Source: Dehalococcoidia bacterium UBA6803
Lineage (GTDB): Bacteria > Chloroflexota > Dehalococcoidia > GIF9 > AB-539-J10
DNA: 64,000 nt
Direction of reading: 5' to 3'
Assembly: GCA_002452795.1 (NCBI GenBank)
Contig: DKFF01000008.1
Location: 18,271 to 82,270 of the forward strand
The translations under genes and the position numbers were made by a program. Numbering within the stretch: the first letter of the stretch is position 1; every line of letters begins with the position of its first letter. The notes under the pieces were generated by a model that was given only the letters and a program-made list of their open reading frames with translations, did not search any database and was not told the origin of the DNA. Of the stretch, positions 17,762 to 29,714 are shown piece by piece.

Positions 17762-20232
17762 AGGAACCAGAAAAACAAGGGACTGGGGCAGTGTTGCCCG
17801 TAAACATTGAGGAGGAAATGAAGACCTCTTACCTTGATTATGCCATGAGCGTCATTGTTTCCCGGGCGTTGCCTGACGTGCGCGATGGGCTCAAGCCTGT
17901 GCAGCGGCGTATCCTGTATGCCATGAATGACTTAGGGTTGCAACGCCGCAGCCCGTATAAGAAAAGCGCGCGTATTGTAGGAGAGGTTCTGGGGAAATAC
18001 CATCCCCATGGAGATAGTTCGGTATACGAAGCCATGGTGCGGATGGCGCAACCTTTTTCCCTGAGGAATCCGCTTGTCGAGGGTCAGGGTAATTTTGGTA
18101 GTGTGGATAACGATCCTCCTGCGGCGATGCGTTATACGGAGGCCAGGCTAGCGGCTGTAGCACAAGAGATGCTGGTTGACCTAGAAAAAGAAACAGTCAA
18201 CTTCGTGCCTAATTTTGACGAATCTTTGCAAGAGCCTGCCGTGCTACCCGCTAGATTACCCAATTTATTGGTAAATGGCGCTTCAGGTATAGCTGTGGGC
18301 ATGGCGACTACAATTCCGCCGCATAATCTGGGAGAAGTTTGTGACGCCATTGCTTACTTGATAGAGAATCCTGATGCTTCTACGGAAGAGCTGATGAGGT
18401 TTGTTCAAGGGCCTGATTTTCCTACAGCAGGCATTATAATGGGGCGCGAAGGAATTAAAAATGCTTATGTTTCGGGAAAAGGCAAGGTAGTAGTGCGAGC
18501 GAAGGTGGAGACAATTCCGCTGAAGGGAGATAGGCAACAACAGTTGGTTATTACTGAGCTTCCTTACGAGGTAAACAAAGCCGCCCTGGTAGAGAGAATA
18601 GCGGAACTGGCTAGGAGCAGGAAAATAGAAGGGATCCTGGAGGTGCGGGACGAGTCAGATCGTCGTGGTATGCGGGTAGTAATTGAACTTAAGAAGGCGG
18701 CACAGCCGCAGCATATACTGAACAATTTATTCAAATACACTTCAATGCAGTCGTCTTTCTATATCAACATGGTGGCATTGGTGGAGGGACAACCCAAGTT
18801 GATCAATCTCAGAGAAGCACTGGGCTGTTACATTGATTTTCGCCGTGAAATTATTACCCGTCGTTCTCGGTTTGATCTCAATAAGGCGCGGGACAGAGCA
18901 CACATTTTGGAGGGATTACGGGTTGCATTGGATAACATGGACAGGATTATTAAATTGATTCGCGAGTCAGAGACTGTCGATATCGCCCGTGCCAATTTGA
19001 TGGCGGTTTTCGATCTGTCTCACCTTCAGTCTCAGGCGATTCTGGATATGCAACTGCGCCGGTTGGCGCATCTGGAGAGGGAAAAGATCATGGAGGAATA
19101 CGCCGAAGTGTTGAAGAGCATTTCCTACTTTGAGGATCTGTTGGCGTATCCTCAAAAGATATTGTTTTTGACCAAACAGGACGTGCTTGCCCTTAAGAGT
19201 CAATACGCCGATCCCAGGCGGACTGTTGTTCTGGCAGAGGAGGCTATGGAATTTTGCCGCGAAGATCTGGTTCCCCACCAGATGGTGGTGGTTACCTTGA
19301 CTGAGCAAGGGTTCATTAAGAGGCTTCCTATCAGCACCTATCGGTTGCAGCATCGCGGAGGGAAGGGGGTTATGGGCATGGTAACCAGGCAGGCGGATAT
19401 ACTGCAGAAAGTACTTGTGGCAGATACGCACGATTCCCTGTTTTTCTTTACTGCTTCAGGCAAGGTTTATACGCTGAAGTGTTATGAGGTTCCGGAAGAA
19501 GTATCTCGCACAGCTAAAGGTGTCGCACTGGTCAATTTGCTTTCTGTTGACCTGAAAGATCAGGTAACGGCGCTGGTATCCGTCCGGGAGATTTCTTCGG
19601 ACAGATTTTTGTTGATGGCTACAGAAGCAGGGCTAGTGAAAAAGACTCCCCTGGACAAGTTTGCTTCTATACGGCGAAGCGGGCTTGTGACAATGGGTCT
19701 CAGGTCTGGGGACAGGCTGGTCGTCTCCAGAATAGTGTCTGATTTAGAGGAGGTGGTAATGGTAAGTCAGGCGGGACAGGCTGTCCGGTTTGGGGTAAAG
19801 GATCTGAGAAGCGCCTCCCGCACTAGTGGAGGAGTGAGAGGTATCCGTTTAGGTGGGGAAGATAAGGTTGCTGGCGTTGATGTCGTTTTTGACGAAGCGT
19901 ATGCTTTGCTGGTGACAGACAACGGGTATGGCAAGCTTACTCCTATAAAGAATTATCCCCTCCATCGTCGGGGAGGCAAAGGGGTGCGGGCCTACCGAGT
20001 TAATGACAAAACGGGCGGATTAATTTCCTTCAAGTTGGTGACGCCTGCTGGATCTCTGGTGTTGCTCTCGGGTAGGGGTAAAGTTAATTGTATTAGATTG
20101 GAGCAGATTGCGAAACAGAGCAGGAATAGCAGCGGAGTGCGATTGATGTCTATGGACGAAGGAGATAGAGTGGTCTCCATTGCTGTGCCCGAACAGGAAG
20201 TTGGGCAGGAGGGGCGGGGAAGCCTGCAATAG
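17758..20232 (+). CDS. gyrA: DNA gyrase subunit A
   Basis: 824 aa; GyrA N-terminal domain with active-site Tyr region, C-terminal beta-pinwheel repeats. Confidence 0.95.
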   Translation: MKEPEKQGTGAVLPVNIEEEMKTSYLDYAMSVIVSRALPDVRDGLKPVQRRILYAMNDLGLQRRSPYKKSARIVGEVLGKYHPHGDSSVYEAMVRMAQPFSLRNPLVEGQGNFGSVDNDPPAAMRYTEARLAAVAQEMLVDLEKETVNFVPNFDESLQEPAVLPARLPNLLVNGASGIAVGMATTIPPHNLGEVCDAIAYLIENPDASTEELMRFVQGPDFPTAGIIMGREGIKNAYVSGKGKVVVRAKVETIPLKGDRQQQLVITELPYEVNKAALVERIAELARSRKIEGILEVRDESDRRGMRVVIELKKAAQPQHILNNLFKYTSMQSSFYINMVALVEGQPKLINLREALGCYIDFRREIITRRSRFDLNKARDRAHILEGLRVALDNMDRIIKLIRESETVDIARANLMAVFDLSHLQSQAILDMQLRRLAHLEREKIMEEYAEVLKSISYFEDLLAYPQKILFLTKQDVLALKSQYADPRRTVVLAEEAMEFCREDLVPHQMVVVTLTEQGFIKRLPISTYRLQHRGGKGVMGMVTRQADILQKVLVADTHDSLFFFTASGKVYTLKCYEVPEEVSRTAKGVALVNLLSVDLKDQVTALVSVREISSDRFLLMATEAGLVKKTPLDKFASIRRSGLVTMGLRSGDRLVVSRIVSDLEEVVMVSQAGQAVRFGVKDLRSASRTSGGVRGIRLGGEDKVAGVDVVFDEAYALLVTDNGYGKLTPIKNYPLHRRGGKGVRAYRVNDKTGGLISFKLVTPAGSLVLLSGRGKVNCIRLEQIAKQSRNSSGVRLMSMDEGDRVVSIAVPEQEVGQEGRGSLQ

Positions 20233-20289
20233 TCTGTTCGCCATTGGCTGCAATGATGGAAGTGAATCTGGAAGGCCAGAGAATATTAG

Positions 20290-22134
20290 CTATCGTAGGG
20301 TAGGGAGGTTTCCTTGTTCTTTTTTTGCCCGCACCAATTTTTCCCGGCAGGGAAGTTGCCAGCGCTGTAATCCACAGGCATTGCAGTGCTCATGGTCACA
20401 GGTCGGAGTTTCTTTCCCCTGTCGCAACTTGAAGTATTCTTCCTTCAGGAAAGAGGAAGTTACCCCTGTGTCAATATGCGCCCAGGGCAATAATTCCTCC
20501 AGGTCTCGTTCCCGGTTGGCATAAAAGGAGATGTCAAGCTCACATCGAGCAAAGGCAGCTTCCCACTTGTGGAAAGAAAAGAGTTCCCGCCATGCGTCAA
20601 ATTTGCATCCTTCTTGCCATGCTTGGTGAATAACCTTGCCCAAGCGACGGTCTCCCCTGGACAGGGCTGCCTCTATGCGGCATGCCTCCAGATTGGGCCA
20701 GGACAGCTTCACCTTTCGTTTGCGCAATGATTCTTTTAAAACGTCAAGCTTGGGAAGTAGCAGTTCCTCGGTTTCTTGTGCCAACCACTGGCAAGCAGTG
20801 TGAGGCTTGGGTATCAGAACGGAAGTGCCTATACGCAGCTGTGGTTTTTTCTGCAGGTGAAGTATGGCCTCTGCCAGCGTGGCGATGCTTCGGACATCCT
20901 CCATGGTCTCGGAAGGAAGCCCCAGCATAAAATAAAGCTTGAATTTTTTCCATCCGTCTCCTACAAGAGTGGCCAGGGCATCTAGAATGGCTTTATCGGT
21001 AAGATTTTTGTTGATGACTTTACGCAGCCTTTCGTTACCTGCCTCAGGGGCAAAAGTTAAGGTCATTTTGCGTTGTGATGAAGATAGCAAACTGGATATT
21101 TCTGGGGAGATCATGTCCAGGCGCAGGCTGGGGAGAGAGAAGGAAAGATTGTTGCTGTAATGTTGCTGGATAAGCCTGGAAACGAGGCATGTGATTTCAG
21201 GGTAATCCAGGACGCTGAAAGAGAGCAGCGACAATTCGCTGTAGCCACAGTTTTTCAGCAGGGCATTTGTAGCCGCCAAGATCTCTTCTTGGGGGCGCTT
21301 TCTCTCAGGTCGGTATAGTGTGCTTGCCTGGCAGAAACGGCAGCCACGATTACAGCCTCTCTGAATTTCTATAACGCCGCGGTCGTGGACTGTTTCTATG
21401 TAGGGAACCACAGGTTTGACAACAGGAGAAGGCAGATTGTTAACCAGTCTGCGCTTGATCTTGGGCTTGGCCTCGGGAACTAGGGGAAGAAAAGCCTCCA
21501 AGGTACCGTCAGCGTAATATTTCACCTGGTAGAAGGAAGGAACATAGATGCCGTCTATAGTAGCTGCTTGACGCAACAAAGAGGTCTTGTTGCCACTATG
21601 CAGCCGGAAAGCGTCCAGTAATTCCAGAATTACCTCTTCTCCCTCCCCGATTACGAAGAGATCAATAAAATTTGCCATAGGCTCAGGGTTGCAAGAGCAA
21701 CAGCCGCCGGCGATTATCAGAGGAGAAGAGGCAGTCCTCTGGGAGGCTAGCAGGGGGATTTGAGCTAGGTTCAACATGTTCAGGCAGTTGGTATAAGTAA
21801 GTTCGTATCCCAAGGAAAATCCGACGATATCGAAGTTTTTCAAGGGATGGCGTGTTTCCAGGCTGAAGAGAGGAAGTTTTTCCCTGCGCATGATGTTTTC
21901 CATATCTATCCAGGGAGCAAATACTCTTTCTGCTAAAATGTCTGGCTCTCTGTTTAGGATGTCGTAAAGAATAGTTATAGCCAGATTGGACATGCCTATC
22001 TCGTAGATTTCAGGGTAACACAGGGCGACTTTGATATTGATGGAACGCCAGTCCTTGCTAATGCTGTTCCATTCACCTCCTGTATAGCGGGCTGGCTTGG
22101 TAACACGGTTCAGTATATAGTTCAAGGAAGACAT
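20290..22134 (-). CDS. B12-binding-domain radical SAM protein (TIGR03960-like with fused C-terminal domain)
   Basis: Start at MSSLNYILNRVTKPARYTGGEWN (ATG 22132-22134); CNRGCRFC radical SAM motif; C-terminal CDHEHCNACG. Confidence 0.7.
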   Translation of the reverse strand: MSSLNYILNRVTKPARYTGGEWNSISKDWRSINIKVALCYPEIYEIGMSNLAITILYDILNREPDILAERVFAPWIDMENIMRREKLPLFSLETRHPLKNFDIVGFSLGYELTYTNCLNMLNLAQIPLLASQRTASSPLIIAGGCCSCNPEPMANFIDLFVIGEGEEVILELLDAFRLHSGNKTSLLRQAATIDGIYVPSFYQVKYYADGTLEAFLPLVPEAKPKIKRRLVNNLPSPVVKPVVPYIETVHDRGVIEIQRGCNRGCRFCQASTLYRPERKRPQEEILAATNALLKNCGYSELSLLSFSVLDYPEITCLVSRLIQQHYSNNLSFSLPSLRLDMISPEISSLLSSSQRKMTLTFAPEAGNERLRKVINKNLTDKAILDALATLVGDGWKKFKLYFMLGLPSETMEDVRSIATLAEAILHLQKKPQLRIGTSVLIPKPHTACQWLAQETEELLLPKLDVLKESLRKRKVKLSWPNLEACRIEAALSRGDRRLGKVIHQAWQEGCKFDAWRELFSFHKWEAAFARCELDISFYANRERDLEELLPWAHIDTGVTSSFLKEEYFKLRQGKETPTCDHEHCNACGLQRWQLPCREKLVRAKKEQGNLPTLR

Positions 22135-22386
22135 CCTGCTATTATACCTGCAGGGTACCATCTCCTCAAGAGAATCAGGGTTATTAGGAAAAGGAGAGCA
22201 CAATTTGACAATCCTTAGTGCCTTGTGATAATTTCTTATCCTGTCGCTTGCCGAAACGGAAGAGCCGTGGTTTTATGAACTCCTGCCTGAGGTGTTTCGC
22301 GGACAGAAGAGGTTTTGAATAAGGCAGGATGGGGAAAGCTGGCGGCTTTTTAATTGTCCGGAAGCAAAACGAGGAGACAAAAGATA

Positions 22387-22806
22387 ATGCCGACTATTAA
22401 TCAACTTGTGCGTAAGGGGAGACGTAAGTCCCCGAAGGCGACTAAGGCTCCGGCATTGCATGTTAACTATAATGCTCTTAGTGGTAAGAGCAGGTGGAAC
22501 CGTGTGGGTGCGCCGCAAAAAAGGGGTGTTTGCATTCAGGTTAAGGTTGTTACACCGAAGAAGCCGAATTCTGCCTTACGCAAGGTTGCCCGTGTCAGGT
22601 TGACTAATGGCATGGAAGTAAATGCTTATATCCCTGGAGAAGGACATAATCTTCAGGAACATTCGGTAGTTTTGATTCGTGGTGGCAGGGTTAAGGATGT
22701 TCCTGGTATTCGTTATCATATTATACGGGGCACTCTGGATACTGAAGGAGTGACTGGCAGGCAACGGGGACGTAGTCGATATGGCACTAAGAAATCCGCA
22801 AAGTAG
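22387..22806 (+). CDS. rpsL: 30S ribosomal protein S12
   Basis: [14 protein letters not shown]...; ATG at 22387 inside the longer ORF. Confidence 0.95.
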   Translation: MPTINQLVRKGRRKSPKATKAPALHVNYNALSGKSRWNRVGAPQKRGVCIQVKVVTPKKPNSALRKVARVRLTNGMEVNAYIPGEGHNLQEHSVVLIRGGRVKDVPGIRYHIIRGTLDTEGVTGRQRGRSRYGTKKSAK

Positions 22807-22844
22807 AAGCAAAGAATAGGAAAAGGAAGAGAACGAGGTAGCCA

Positions 22845-23321
22845 ATGCCAAGAAGAGCAAGCAGAAAAACAGCGAGGAGGCAAATTGCTTCTGACGCTAA
22901 ATATGGCAGTGTGACTGTATCGACATTGATAAACAAGGTCATGCGGCGTGGACAGAAGGCTACTTCTGAGAGAATAGTCTATGGGTCTCTTGAAATTGTG
23001 GAGCAAGAGGCAAAAGAAGAGCCCATAGGGGTTCTGGAACGGGCGCTAAAAAATGTGACGCCTTTGCTAATGATCAAGCCGCGAAGAGTTGGAGGGGCTA
23101 CCTATCAGGTTCCCATGGAGGTGCCTGTCGTTCGGGGAAGGTCTTTGGCCATGTGCTGGCTTTTAAATTCGGCACGGGCACGAGCAGGCAAATCCATGAA
23201 GGAAAAGTTGGCGCGAGAAATACTTGATGCAGTGCAGGGGCAGGGCGCATCGGTGAAAAAACGTAGTGAGATTCACAAAATGGCTGAAGCAAATAAGGCC
23301 TTTGCTCATTATCGGTGGTAA
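22845..23321 (+). CDS. rpsG: 30S ribosomal protein S7
   Basis: 158 aa S7. Confidence 0.95.
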   Translation: MPRRASRKTARRQIASDAKYGSVTVSTLINKVMRRGQKATSERIVYGSLEIVEQEAKEEPIGVLERALKNVTPLLMIKPRRVGGATYQVPMEVPVVRGRSLAMCWLLNSARARAGKSMKEKLAREILDAVQGQGASVKKRSEIHKMAEANKAFAHYRW

Positions 23322-23377
23322 ACAACATGATTGTAGTAGCGCAAGCGAAAAAAGAGACGAAAGTGGAGAGCGGATTT

Positions 23378-25459
23378 ATGCCCAGGTCATTTCCCCTGGA
23401 GGCGGTTAGAAATATAGGGATTATTGCCCATATTGATGCGGGCAAGACCACTGTCACTGAAAGGGTGCTCTATCATACGGGTCGCACATACAAGATTGGG
23501 GGAGTAGACGAGGGGACAGCGGTGATGGATTGGATGCAACAGGAGAGAGAGAGGGGAATTACCATTACCTCCGCTGCTACAACTTGCCATTGGAAAGATC
23601 ACCGTATCAATATTATTGATACGCCGGGGCATGTGGATTTTACGGCGGAAGTGGAGCGTAGCCTCAGGGTGTTGGATGGAGGGGTTGTGGTTCTGGACGC
23701 GGTTGCTGGAGTGGAAGCTCAATCCGAGGTAGTATGGCATCAGGCGGATCGGCATCACGTGGCCAGGATTTGTTTTGTGAATAAGATGGACAGGGTGGGG
23801 GCGGATTTTGAACGTGTGTTGACGATGATGGAACAGCGGTTGCATGCCCGAACGTTACCCTTGCAAATTCCTTTGGGGACAGAAAATCTTTTCAGGGGGG
23901 TAATTGATCTCATAGAGGAGCACGCCATAATTTTTCCCGAGGAAGCGGATGGAGAGTTGCAGGTATCGCCTGTGCCGGAAGAAATTAGACAGCAGGCGAA
24001 AAAGTCTCGGCAGGCGTTGATAGAAAAGTTGGCAGAAAATGATGACCGGGTGATGTTGATGTATCTTGAAGGGGAGGAAATCTCTGTTGCCGAGCTTAAA
24101 GCGAGTATACGTAGATTAACAGTGACGGGGCGAATAGTGCCAGTGTTGTGTGGCAGTGCATTGAAGGGTAGAGGAATTCGTCCTTTGCTTGATGCTGTCG
24201 TGGAGTATTTGCCATCGCCTCTTGATTTGCCATCGATTCGCGTCCTTGACCCCGATGTGCAGAAAGAAGTGTATTGCCGAGCAGATGATGACGAACCTTT
24301 TTCGGCTCTGGCTTTCAAGGTAGTTTCTGATCCCTTTATGGGCAAATTGACCTATATACGGGTATATTCCGGAAGAGCCGAGACGGGAATGCAGGTTATG
24401 AATTCTTCCAGAGGAACGAAAGAGCGTCTGGGCAGATTATGTCTTATGCATGCTAATTGCCGTGAAGAGATCAAGCAGATTGATACAGGAGCGATTGTCG
24501 CTATTTTAGGACTTAAAAAAACACTCACAGGTGACACGCTTTGCAGTCCTTCGCGCATTGTCCTTTTTGAGGCTATTAAGTTTCCGGAACCTATCCTTTC
24601 TATGGCGATTGAACCTAAGAGCAAAGTTGACCAGGAAAAACTGGAAGGGGGCCTTTCCAAGCTCGTCAATGAAGACCCGACTCTCAGGTTCTATACCGAT
24701 TTTGAGACGGGGCAGGGCATCATTGCCGGAATGGGGGAATTACATCTTGAAGTGATGGTTGACCGCCTGTTCACTGAGCATGGAATACGAGTTAGTGTGG
24801 GTAGGCCGCAAGTGGCTTACAAGGAAACAGTTACCGTATCGGCGGAGGCCGAGGGTAAGTTTGTGCGTCAGTCCGGAGGTAGAGGCCAGTATGGGCAGGT
24901 AAAGATCAGGCTGGAGGCGGGAGAAAGAGGCAGTGGCTTTAAATTTATTGACCAGATTCGGTCAGGTGCAATTCCTCGGGAGTTTATTTCTTCTGTGGAG
25001 GCAGGGATCAGGGAAGCTCTAAGCAATGGAGGGGTGGCAGGGTACCCACTGGTAGATGTGCAAGTGGTTCTTTGTGATGGCAGTTTTCACGAAGTAGATT
25101 CCTCCGAGATGGCTTTTAAAATTGCAGGGTCTATGGCATTGAAGAATGGTGTGCGCAAAGCCAGCCCTATTATTCTGGAACCGATTATGAAGATGGAAAT
25201 TATATCGCCGTCACAGTTTATGGGTGATGTTATTGGCGACTTGGCCGCCAGGCGTGGGCGTATTGATGGAATAGAAACATACGAAGAGAGCTGTGCAGTG
25301 CATTGTTTCATTCCATTGTCAGAGACTTTTGGCTATGCTAGTGCTCTAAGGTCTCTCAGCCAGGGAAGGGCGAACTATTCCATGGATTTCTACTCCTACG
25401 ATAAGTTGCCGGACGCCCTTGCCTGTCAATTGATAGTCGCAACAGGGGAGAGGAAGTAA
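23378..25459 (+). CDS. fusA: elongation factor G
   Basis: Start at [25 protein letters not shown] (ATG 23378, GGAGAG RBS); full five-domain EF-G. Confidence 0.95.
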   Translation: MPRSFPLEAVRNIGIIAHIDAGKTTVTERVLYHTGRTYKIGGVDEGTAVMDWMQQERERGITITSAATTCHWKDHRINIIDTPGHVDFTAEVERSLRVLDGGVVVLDAVAGVEAQSEVVWHQADRHHVARICFVNKMDRVGADFERVLTMMEQRLHARTLPLQIPLGTENLFRGVIDLIEEHAIIFPEEADGELQVSPVPEEIRQQAKKSRQALIEKLAENDDRVMLMYLEGEEISVAELKASIRRLTVTGRIVPVLCGSALKGRGIRPLLDAVVEYLPSPLDLPSIRVLDPDVQKEVYCRADDDEPFSALAFKVVSDPFMGKLTYIRVYSGRAETGMQVMNSSRGTKERLGRLCLMHANCREEIKQIDTGAIVAILGLKKTLTGDTLCSPSRIVLFEAIKFPEPILSMAIEPKSKVDQEKLEGGLSKLVNEDPTLRFYTDFETGQGIIAGMGELHLEVMVDRLFTEHGIRVSVGRPQVAYKETVTVSAEAEGKFVRQSGGRGQYGQVKIRLEAGERGSGFKFIDQIRSGAIPREFISSVEAGIREALSNGGVAGYPLVDVQVVLCDGSFHEVDSSEMAFKIAGSMALKNGVRKASPIILEPIMKMEIISPSQFMGDVIGDLAARRGRIDGIETYEESCAVHCFIPLSETFGYASALRSLSQGRANYSMDFYSYDKLPDALACQLIVATGERK

Positions 25460-25768
25460 GTGACCAAACAGAAAATTCGTGTGAAGATTAAGGGATTTGA
25501 TCACAGGTTGGTTGATCAGTCCGTGGTGCAGATTGTGGAAGCGGCGGAGCGTACCGGAGCGGTTATTGTTGGCCCGGTGCCTTTGCCCACTCGTATTGAG
25601 AAGTTTTGTGTCATTCGTGCCTCAAATATTGACAAAGACTCTAGAGAACAGTTTGAGATACGGACACATAAGCGGTTCATTGATATTCTTGAACCGAGTG
25701 CTAAGACTATAGATGCGCTGACGCAGCTCAGTTTGCCATCGGGTGTGGAGATAGAGATTAAGTCGTAG
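25460..25768 (+). CDS. rpsJ: 30S ribosomal protein S10
   Basis: 102 aa, GTG start immediately after the fusA stop. Confidence 0.9.
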   Translation: MTKQKIRVKIKGFDHRLVDQSVVQIVEAAERTGAVIVGPVPLPTRIEKFCVIRASNIDKDSREQFEIRTHKRFIDILEPSAKTIDALTQLSLPSGVEIEIKS

Positions 25769-25776
25769 GAAAAAAA

Positions 25777-26403
25777 ATGATAAAGGGAATTCTTGGTAGA
25801 AAAATAGGGATGACGCAGGTCTTCCTGGAGGGGGGAGAGGCGGTACAGGTGACGGCTATCGAGGCCGGCCCATGTTTTGTCATCCAGGTGAAGAGCAAGG
25901 GCAGCGATGGTTATGACGCTGTGCAACTGGGTTTTCTTGAAGCTAAGAAGCTTAATGCTCCTCTTGCCGGGCGTTTTAAAGAAATGGGAAAGCTTCGCTT
26001 TCTGCGGGAATTTGAAATTGACGAGGTATCCTCGGTCAACAGAGGCGACAGAGTAGATGTCAGTTTTCTTAAACCGGGGGATTTGGTAACCGTATCAGGG
26101 GTATCCAAGGGCAGAGGATTTGCCGGGGTGGTGAAGCGGCATCATTTTGCTGGCGGGCCCAAAACACACGGGCAGTCCGATCGTCATCGAGCCCCGGGGT
26201 CTATAGGGGCGACCACCTATCCCGGGCGAGTGATTAAGGGAATGAAGATGGCGGGACATATGGGAAACAGAAAGGTGACCGTACGTAATTTACGGGTGGT
26301 TGAAGTTGATCCGGAACGTAATCTTTTGCTAGTTAAAGGGGGTGTCCCTGGAGCCAGCAGTGGTTTATTGACAATTAAAAGAAGCGGGGAAGGATCAGCG
26401 TGA
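25777..26403 (+). CDS. rplC: 50S ribosomal protein L3
   Basis: 208 aa L3. Confidence 0.95.
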   Translation: MIKGILGRKIGMTQVFLEGGEAVQVTAIEAGPCFVIQVKSKGSDGYDAVQLGFLEAKKLNAPLAGRFKEMGKLRFLREFEIDEVSSVNRGDRVDVSFLKPGDLVTVSGVSKGRGFAGVVKRHHFAGGPKTHGQSDRHRAPGSIGATTYPGRVIKGMKMAGHMGNRKVTVRNLRVVEVDPERNLLLVKGGVPGASSGLLTIKRSGEGSA

Positions 26404-27074
26404 AAATACCGGTATATAATTTGTCAGGTGAGGTTGTGGAGCAGATAGAGGTGGATGGAGAAGTTTTTGGCATCCCTTTTAACCAGGCGGTGGTACATCA
26501 GGCGTTGGTACGGCAGCTGGCAAACAGGCGGCAGGGAACAGTGAGCACGAAGACGCGAAGAGATGTTGTGGGGAGTACGCGTAAGCTTTATGCGCAGAAG
26601 GGCACAGGGCGGGCCCGAAGAGGAGACATCAAATCTCCTTTGCTTAGGGGAGGAGGGGTAGTATTTGGACCTAAGCCGCGTGATTATGGACAGTCCATGC
26701 CCAGGAAGATGCGGCAGCTGGCCTTGAAGTGTGTTCTTTCTGCCAAAGTGGAGGAAGAGGAGATGAAGATAGTGAAAGAGCTGGTGCTGGAAATACCTAA
26801 AACCAGGGAGATGAGTAAGGTGTTGTCAGGGCTGGCGGTTGAGTTTCCTATGTTGCTTGTCACCGAAAAAGCCGAGGCCGGTTTGGTCATGGCCTCCCGT
26901 AATCTGCAGGGAGTGAAAGTTTTGCCATCCTCTCTGGTTAATGTACTTGATTTGATGTCATGTCACACGGTGCTGGTTTCTGAGTTGGCTCTACGTAATA
27001 TGGAAAGGCTCTGGGGAAAAAGAGAGAAGCATCCTATGGAAACACGAGATGACGTCGAAAAGGCAGGTGAATAA
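26400..27074 (+). CDS. rplD: 50S ribosomal protein L4
   Basis: 224 aa L4. Confidence 0.9.
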   Translation: MKIPVYNLSGEVVEQIEVDGEVFGIPFNQAVVHQALVRQLANRRQGTVSTKTRRDVVGSTRKLYAQKGTGRARRGDIKSPLLRGGGVVFGPKPRDYGQSMPRKMRQLALKCVLSAKVEEEEMKIVKELVLEIPKTREMSKVLSGLAVEFPMLLVTEKAEAGLVMASRNLQGVKVLPSSLVNVLDLMSCHTVLVSELALRNMERLWGKREKHPMETRDDVEKAGE

Positions 27075-27078
27075 CAGG

Positions 27079-27363
27079 ATGCATTTTTATGAAGTGTTGC
27101 GGCGCCCCTTAATTACGGAGAAATCAGCTTTACTGCAAGAGAGCAATCAGTATACTTTTGAGGTGAGCAAGTGTGCTACCAAGAGCCAGATTAGGGAAGC
27201 GGTGGAGAGAGCGTTTCACGTGGAAGTTGCAGATGTTAATGTGATGATCGTTCATGGCAAGACGCGACGGATGGGACTGAGGCAGGTGGTAAGGCCGTCC
27301 TGGAAGAAGGCAGTAGTCACTTTGAAAGAGGGGCATAAAGTTGCCTTTTTCGAAGGTGTTTAA
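27079..27363 (+). CDS. rplW: 50S ribosomal protein L23
   Basis: Start MHFYEVLRRPLITEKS (ATG 27079, AGGTGA RBS). Confidence 0.9.
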   Translation: MHFYEVLRRPLITEKSALLQESNQYTFEVSKCATKSQIREAVERAFHVEVADVNVMIVHGKTRRMGLRQVVRPSWKKAVVTLKEGHKVAFFEGV

Positions 27364-27398
27364 TATGATTAGCGGGAATACTTTCCGAGGAGTTGAAA

Positions 27399-27494
27399 TT
27401 GGGCTCAGTTCTTAAGTGGCGAAAGAAGAAAATGTCGAAGCATAAGCACAAGAAGTTGCTTAAGAAGAATCGTTGGAAGAAGACGCACTCGTAG
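27399..27494 (+). CDS. small highly basic protein, bS22-like (31 codons, TTG start)
   Basis: GAGGAG at 27387-27392, TTG at 27399; translation [32 protein letters not shown], stop at 27492-27494; lies in the 211-bp rplW-rplB spacer; closely resembles the mycobacterial bS22 peptide as recalled (MGSVIKKRRKRM.KKKHRKLL...). Confidence 0.5.
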   Translation: MGSVLKWRKKKMSKHKHKKLLKKNRWKKTHS

Positions 27495-27574
27495 CGTGTG
27501 CAAGGGCGGAGGATGTAGCGGGTCAGCGTTTGGGCCAGAGTATAAAATTTGGTGATTTGTGGTGTGATAAAGTT

Positions 27575-28399
27575 ATGGCATTGAAGATATATAAGCCGAC
27601 TTCTCCTGGCAGAAGAGGGATGACGGGGTTTGCTTTTGAGGAGATTACCAAAAAGACACCGGAGAGATCTCTTGTTATACCATTGAAGAAGTTGGCGGGA
27701 CGAAATTCTCGTGGGGTGATTACTGTTCGGCACAGGGGGGGGGGAGCTAAGCGCATGCTTCGTATTGTCGATTTTAAGAGGAGAAAGCTTGGCGTGGCTG
27801 GGCGGGTGGCCGCTATAGAGTATGATCCCAATCGCTCCGCCAGAATAGCGCTGATTCATTACCTTGACGGGGAAAAGAGGTATATTCTTGCTCCTCTGGG
27901 TTTGCAGGTAAATGATATGGTAGAGGCAGGAGAGAATAGTGAACCGAAAGTGGGTAACGCCTTGCCGTTGAAGGCAGTTCCCGTAGGTACGCTGGTGCAT
28001 AATCTTGAATTGCAGCCAGGACGAGGAGGGCAGGTGGTACGCAGCGCCGGTGTAGGCGCACAGGTGTTAGGGAAGGAAGGTAGACATGTGCTGGTGCGTT
28101 TACCTTCGGGAGAGGTGCGGCGGTTCCTGCAGGATTGTTTTGCTACAATCGGGCAGGTAGGCAATGTGGAGCATGAGAGTATATGCTTGGGGAAGGCAGG
28201 GCGCAAACGATGGCTGGGGATAAGGCCTTCTGTACGGGGTTCCGCTATGACTCCCAGGGATCATCCTCATGGTGGAGGGGAAGGCAGGGCTCCTATAGGG
28301 ATGCATCCCAAGACACCATGGGGAAAGCCTGCGTTGGGCTACAAGACGCGTAAGCGCAAGAAATCTTCGGATAATATGATAGTGACACGGAGGGAATGA
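27575..28399 (+). CDS. rplB: 50S ribosomal protein L2
   Basis: Start [15 protein letters not shown] (ATG 27575); 274 aa. Confidence 0.95.
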   Translation: MALKIYKPTSPGRRGMTGFAFEEITKKTPERSLVIPLKKLAGRNSRGVITVRHRGGGAKRMLRIVDFKRRKLGVAGRVAAIEYDPNRSARIALIHYLDGEKRYILAPLGLQVNDMVEAGENSEPKVGNALPLKAVPVGTLVHNLELQPGRGGQVVRSAGVGAQVLGKEGRHVLVRLPSGEVRRFLQDCFATIGQVGNVEHESICLGKAGRKRWLGIRPSVRGSAMTPRDHPHGGGEGRAPIGMHPKTPWGKPALGYKTRKRKKSSDNMIVTRRE

Positions 28400-28403
28400 G
28401 GGT

Positions 28404-28697
28404 ATGTCGCGATCTACTAAAAAAGGGCCCTATTGTGATCCCAAATTATTAAAGAAAATAGAATTGATTAACAGTTCCGGAGAGAAAGCGGCAATAAAGA
28501 CGTGGTCCCGTGCGTCTACTATTTTGCCTCAGATGATAGGGCATACTATTGCGGTACACAATGGGCGCAAACATGTCCCTGTCTTCATCACCGAGAGCAT
28601 GGTGGGGCAGAAGCTGGCAGAGTTTTCCCCTACCAGGACGTTCAGGGGACACGTTACCAAAGCCCAAGTGACCACTCAAGGCAAAAAACAGGTGTAA
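28404..28697 (+). CDS. rpsS: 30S ribosomal protein S19
   Basis: 97 aa S19. Confidence 0.95.
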   Translation: MSRSTKKGPYCDPKLLKKIELINSSGEKAAIKTWSRASTILPQMIGHTIAVHNGRKHVPVFITESMVGQKLAEFSPTRTFRGHVTKAQVTTQGKKQV

Positions 28698-28703
28698 ATG
28701 TAG

Positions 28704-29042
28704 ATGAAAGTGAAAGCTGTGGCAAAGGATATTGGATATTCTCCGCGAAAAGTTCGCCTGGTAGCGAATATGATTCGCGGGAAGAAGGTTGATCGGGCGC
28801 TGGATATTCTCAGATTTATGACTACTCCCGCGGCAACTGCTGTGGCTAAAACGGTGCGATCGGCTGCTGCGAATGCCGAGAATAATTTTCAGATGTTACC
28901 GGCAGAGCTTAGGGTAACAGAGATAATGGTTGACCAGGGGCGTACACTGAAGAGACACAGGCCTCAGTCCAGGGGTAGAATTGACCCGATTTTGCGGCGG
29001 TCTGCGCATATTACGGTTTTTGTTGCAGAGGAGGAAAAATAG
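28704..29042 (+). CDS. rplV: 50S ribosomal protein L22
   Basis: 112 aa L22. Confidence 0.95.
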   Translation: MKVKAVAKDIGYSPRKVRLVANMIRGKKVDRALDILRFMTTPAATAVAKTVRSAAANAENNFQMLPAELRVTEIMVDQGRTLKRHRPQSRGRIDPILRRSAHITVFVAEEEK

Positions 29043-29714
29043 TTGGGACAGAAAGTTGATCCACGGGGTTTTCGTCTGGGAGTTATCCGGGATTGGGATG
29101 CTCGGTGGTATGCAGAGAAGGACTATGCAAAGTTTCTGCAGCAGGATCTGCAGATGCGCAGCATGGTGAAGCGCAAATGCAGCAATGGTTATGTCGCGCG
29201 GATGGAGATTGAACGTATCAGCGGAGAAGTAATGGTAACTCTTTATTCTTCCCGTCCTGGCATTTTGATTGGCAGAGGGGGACAGAACGTAGAGGCTTTA
29301 AAGTCGGACATGGAGAAGCTCGTAGAGGAAAAGATCCGTTTGACAATAAAGGAAGTGGAAAACCCTGAGGTCGAAGCTGTTCTGGTAGCGAGAAATATAG
29401 CGGAGCGGCTTGAGGGCCGGGTGACTTTCCGTTGGGCGATGAAGCAAACTGCGGGCAGGACCATGCAGGCCGGTGCCCTGGGGGTTAAGATAAAGTGTGC
29501 AGGTAGGCTGGGGGGGCAGGAGATTGCCCGTTCCGAGACGTTGCATCTGGGCAGGGTTCCGTTGCATACTTTGCGTGCTAACATTGATTACGGTTTTAGC
29601 GAAGCGCGTACCGCAATGGGTCGAATTGGCGTTAAAGTCTGGATTTACAAGGGAGACATTCTCCCTGAAGAGAGGAAGAGTGGTGTTACAGCCGAAGAGG
29701 GTGAAGCATCGTAA
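29043..29714 (+). CDS. rpsC: 30S ribosomal protein S3
   Basis: 223 aa, TTG start; KH domain motifs. Confidence 0.9.
   Translation: MGQKVDPRGFRLGVIRDWDARWYAEKDYAKFLQQDLQMRSMVKRKCSNGYVARMEIERISGEVMVTLYSSRPGILIGRGGQNVEALKSDMEKLVEEKIRLTIKEVENPEVEAVLVARNIAERLEGRVTFRWAMKQTAGRTMQAGALGVKIKCAGRLGGQEIARSETLHLGRVPLHTLRANIDYGFSEARTAMGRIGVKVWIYKGDILPEERKSGVTAEEGEAS

Noticed and set aside
17134-17778. 214-aa minus-strand ORF antisense to the TPR gene; similar long antisense ORFs at 7110-7640, 30813-31658, 60790-61842 and 1475-2053
   Set aside because: Serine/proline-rich and low-complexity; each lies opposite a confidently assigned gene. Judged to be spurious shadow ORFs.
25459-25460. Expected tuf gene between fusA and rpsJ
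   Set aside because: It is not present. fusA and rpsJ abut with no spacer, so this is recorded as a lineage feature rather than a missed gene.
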